Made by a program: the position numbers and the translations under genes
Origin: the human T2T-CHM13v2.0 reference genome, Homo sapiens
Reading direction: 5' to 3' (one strand)
DNA length: 64,000 nt
NCBI RefSeq assembly: GCF_009914755.1
Contig: NC_060940.1
The notes under the pieces: generated by a model
Databases searched by the model: none
Seen by the model: only the letters and a program-made list of their open reading frames with translations
What the model was told of the DNA's origin: nothing
Shown: positions 60,622 to 64,000 of the stretch, piece after piece
Position numbering within the stretch: position 1 is the stretch's first letter
How the letters are laid out: every line of letters begins with the position of its first letter

Positions 60622-61812
60622 TAGTCTCGAACGCCTGACCTCAGGTGATCTGCCCGCCTCGGCATCCCAAAGTGCTGGGATTACAGGCGTGAGCCACCAT
60701 GCCCAGCCTCTATTCCTTTTATAGAGACAGGATCTCACAATGCTGCCCAGGCTGGAGTGCACGTCCAGACTCTATTCCTTTAATAGAGACAGGGACTCAC
60801 AATGCTGCCCAGGCTGGAGTGCAGTGGTGCCATCACAGCTCACTGCAGCCTGGAATTCCTGGGCTCAATCAGCCTCCGGTCTCAGCCTCCTGAGTAGCTG
60901 TGACTAATGGCCACACCACCACGCCTGGCTCTTTGGCTTCCCTTTTAAAAACACTACCCAATTTGGAAGGCTGAGGCGAGTGGATTGCTTGAGCCCAGGA
61001 GTTTAAGACCAGGCTGGCCAACATCGCAAAACCCTGTCTCTACTAAAAATAAAAAAATTAGCCAGGCGTGGTGGTGCACACCTATAGTCTCAGCTACTCC
61101 AGAGGCTGCAGTGAGAGGATTGCTTGAGCCCAGAAGACAAAGGCTACAGTAAGTTAGCCAAGATCACACCACTGCATTCCAGTTTGGGCGACACAGTGGG
61201 ACCCTATCTCAAAAATAAAAATGTGTAAATAATGGAATCGTCCACTTTTTAAAAATAATTTTACAAATAAAAATAAAAACATTATCTGAAAGATGACTTG
61301 AGACTGAGACAGTGCTTAACTTTGCTAAGTTTTGGCAGACCCAATTCCATTTTAAATTTCCACTCAGTATATACTATAAAATGTTTCACTGTACTTGTAA
61401 GGTGCTTGAGTCTGGGCAGGAGACATGAGGTTGTATTTCTCAGACTTGAGAGGGAATCCAATCCCCTTGGCTGGAGATGGAGCTGAGCTGGGCCTCCCAC
61501 AGACACGAAGCTCAGAGAAGCTTGCAGGCCTCCTCCAGGTGACTGCACCCTCTTGTCTGGTTTGCATTTATCAGGTCACCACAGAGCTCCCAGCTCATCT
61601 CATGTTGCACAAATACTAAAATATAACATGATGAGAAGAGAGCAAGGCGCAGTGGCTCACACCTGTAATCCCAGCACTTTGGAAGGCCGAGGCAAGCGGG
61701 TCGCTTGAGTTTAGGGGTGCAAGATCAGCCTAGGTAACAAGGTAAAACCCTGTCTCTACAAAAAATACAAAAATTAGCTGGGCACAGTGCTGCAGGCCTA
61801 CAGTCCCAGCTA

Positions 61813-61977
<165 letters not shown>

Positions 61978-63440
61978 TCACAAACGCCATGATTCTAACT
62001 TTAATTCCTCTGCTGTTATGAATGGGGATCCATAAGAGAAACGCTAAGAGAAAAAAGCCCCTGTCTGAAAATTAAGCATCAGACCACTTGGATGACTTTT
62101 CAGTTTCATTTACAGTAGCAAAGGACAAACTCACACAAATAGGACCATTTGGGAATATATGACCAGGCGGAACTCAGACCAAAAACTTGACAAATTCCAA
62201 TTTGTCTCAACCAATACTATTTTACCTATGGCCTCCCCTGCCGCAAAAGAAGGGTTTAGGGCGGGTCTTTCCATTTGTGCACTCGAGTGGCTTTCCAGCT
62301 TCACATGCCTGGGATATAAAGGCCAAGGTGGGGGACTCAATCCTCATAACTTGGAAGAGCACCACATGGTGGACAGTACACTGGAGTGGGTGACTAATCC
62401 CAGCTCTGTGAACACCTTGTGGCTAGACGTCCACAACCATCTCTCCAACAGCCATCTGACACTGTGGGAACAGTAGCAGTGGCGGCTGCAGCAGCAATCG
62501 CTCCCTTGTATTTAATACTTACTATAGCTTAGGCAGGTAAACACTTCCTAGGCATCATCTTGAACGTCACACTAACTGCATGAGGTCAACAATACTATCC
62601 CCATTTTCTAATGAGGAAACTGAGATACTGAGATTATAATGCTGGGAACAGGCAGAGCTAGGATTTGAACTCAAGTCTGTGCTCTTTATCACAATATTGT
62701 TAATTAAATAAGATAAATGCTACAAGGGCCTACAAAGCAGCACACACGCCAGGGAGAAACCAAATCTGCTTAGCTATGGCCTGGCGAGCTCATATGGTCC
62801 CTGCTCAGTAATCAAAGACATGGTAGGCTAAGCCAGGGCTGCATTTCCACAGGTGTACATGTTGCCTTTTATCATGTTTCCCAAAGGGACACCAGGCTCA
62901 CAAAGAAACAATTGTGAATGGCCATGAATTCCTGGCGATCTCAACTCCCACAAAGCACAAACATCGCTGCTGCTCATAGGCTCCATCAGCGGCAGCAACG
63001 TTCGTCTGGGGACACAGGTTACCACACTGAACACAGCACTCTGGGGAGGCCAGGGTGCGGACAAGAAAGCAGGCAGGAGATTAAGTGATTGGATCGAAGG
63101 AAAGCTTGTAAGGAGCAAGAGTCACAGATGGACCCCAAACTTCTGAGTCCAATACGGTGCCACCTCTATGCAGGCCTCCTGCACAGGGACTCTGTTCCCC
63201 TGAAGCCTCTCTAGGGCTGGCCTCCAGTGAACAGACATCATGTGACCCAGCAGGTCAAGGTCAGAAAACAGGAGGAGTTGGGGCAAGTGAGGACCACTGG
63301 TGTTTATTTTTAGTCTTATTTATATTGGGATTAAGGTAAGAAAAATAACAGAATGGCTGGGTTTCCTACCTCAAAAATATAATAAAAGCACAAAGTGAGG
63401 TGGCAGGCCCATTAACCCACTCATCTGCTTCCTCCCACAG

Positions 63441-63800
63441 GTGCTGTGGGCGCCTGTACTCTCTCTGTCACACAACCGTGGTACCTAGAAGTGGACTACA
63501 CTCATGAGGCCGTCACCATAAAGTGTACCTTCTCCGCAACCGGATGCCCTTCTGAGCAACCAACATGCCTGTGGTTTCGCTACGGTGCTCACCAGCCTGA
63601 GAACCTGTGCTTGGACGGGTGCAAAAGTGAGGCAGACAAGTTCACAGTGAGGGAGGCCCTCAAAGAAAACCAAGTTTCCCTCACTGTAAACAGAGTGACT
63701 TCAAATGACAGTGCAATTTACATCTGTGGAATAGCATTCCCCAGTGTGCCGGAAGCGAGAGCTAAACAGACAGGAGGAGGGACCACACTGGTGGTAAGAG
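63441..63800 (+). CDS. IGSF6: IGSF6 exon 2, Ig V-set domain ([13 protein letters not shown]...IKCTF...CLWFR...DSAIYICG...[10 protein letters not shown])
   Basis: cctcccacag|GT acceptor; 360 nt, phase 1-1; canonical B-strand Cys, C-strand Trp, DxAxYxC and GxGTxLxV motifs; GAG|gtcagt donor. Confidence 0.95.
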
Positions 63801-64000
63801 GTCAGTCAGCGAGGCTTTATTTCAGTGCATCATTGCATCTTGTTCAGGCCTGTAAAATCATTACCTCACTCACATGTAGAAATCAGGAGATAAATTTGCT
63901 AAGTTAATACCCTAGCCAGTGATGGGTGTGATCTGAACACAAGTCACCATGAGGTTTGGACTAAAGAACTACTCCAACTGGCTGGGCATGGTGGCTCACA

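Noticed and set aside
63888-63907. Intronic peptide EINLLS resembling the start of IGSF6 exon 3 as I recall it
   Set aside because: Followed immediately by a stop and lacks a polypyrimidine acceptor; likely coincidence

Overview
Human/primate genomic DNA, recognisable as the chr16p12.2 METTL9-IGSF6-OTOA region, shown reverse-complemented relative to the usual reference orientation (locus identity comes from recognising the proteins, not from a search). The minus strand carries the 5' half of OTOA (otoancorin, DFNB22): a CpG-island first exon at ~46.7-47.0 kb and coding exons 2-13 (32440 down to 840). These splice into one open frame of 1320 nt / 440 codons, with every junction checked by hand. 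The minus strand also carries the last exon and ~2 kb 3'UTR of METTL9 (55707-~53464). On the plus strand, IGSF6 exons 1-2 lie antisense inside the last METTL9 intron. The rest is repeat-rich: roughly 65 Alus by hand count, plus L1, L2, MIR, MaLR/ERV1 LTRs and hAT MITEs. Most ORF-track entries are Alu or microsatellite artefacts. I found no convincing wholly new gene system. The most interesting signals are regulatory or structural: an LTR-derived internal OTOA start exon (MFR-), a second internal start exon with a GC donor, a GC/GT competing donor pair adding 14 aa, an overlapping upstream ORF across the OTOA start, a micro-exon triplet, NAGNAG and competing splice sites in METTL9/IGSF6, and several small templated-insertion or duplication scars.
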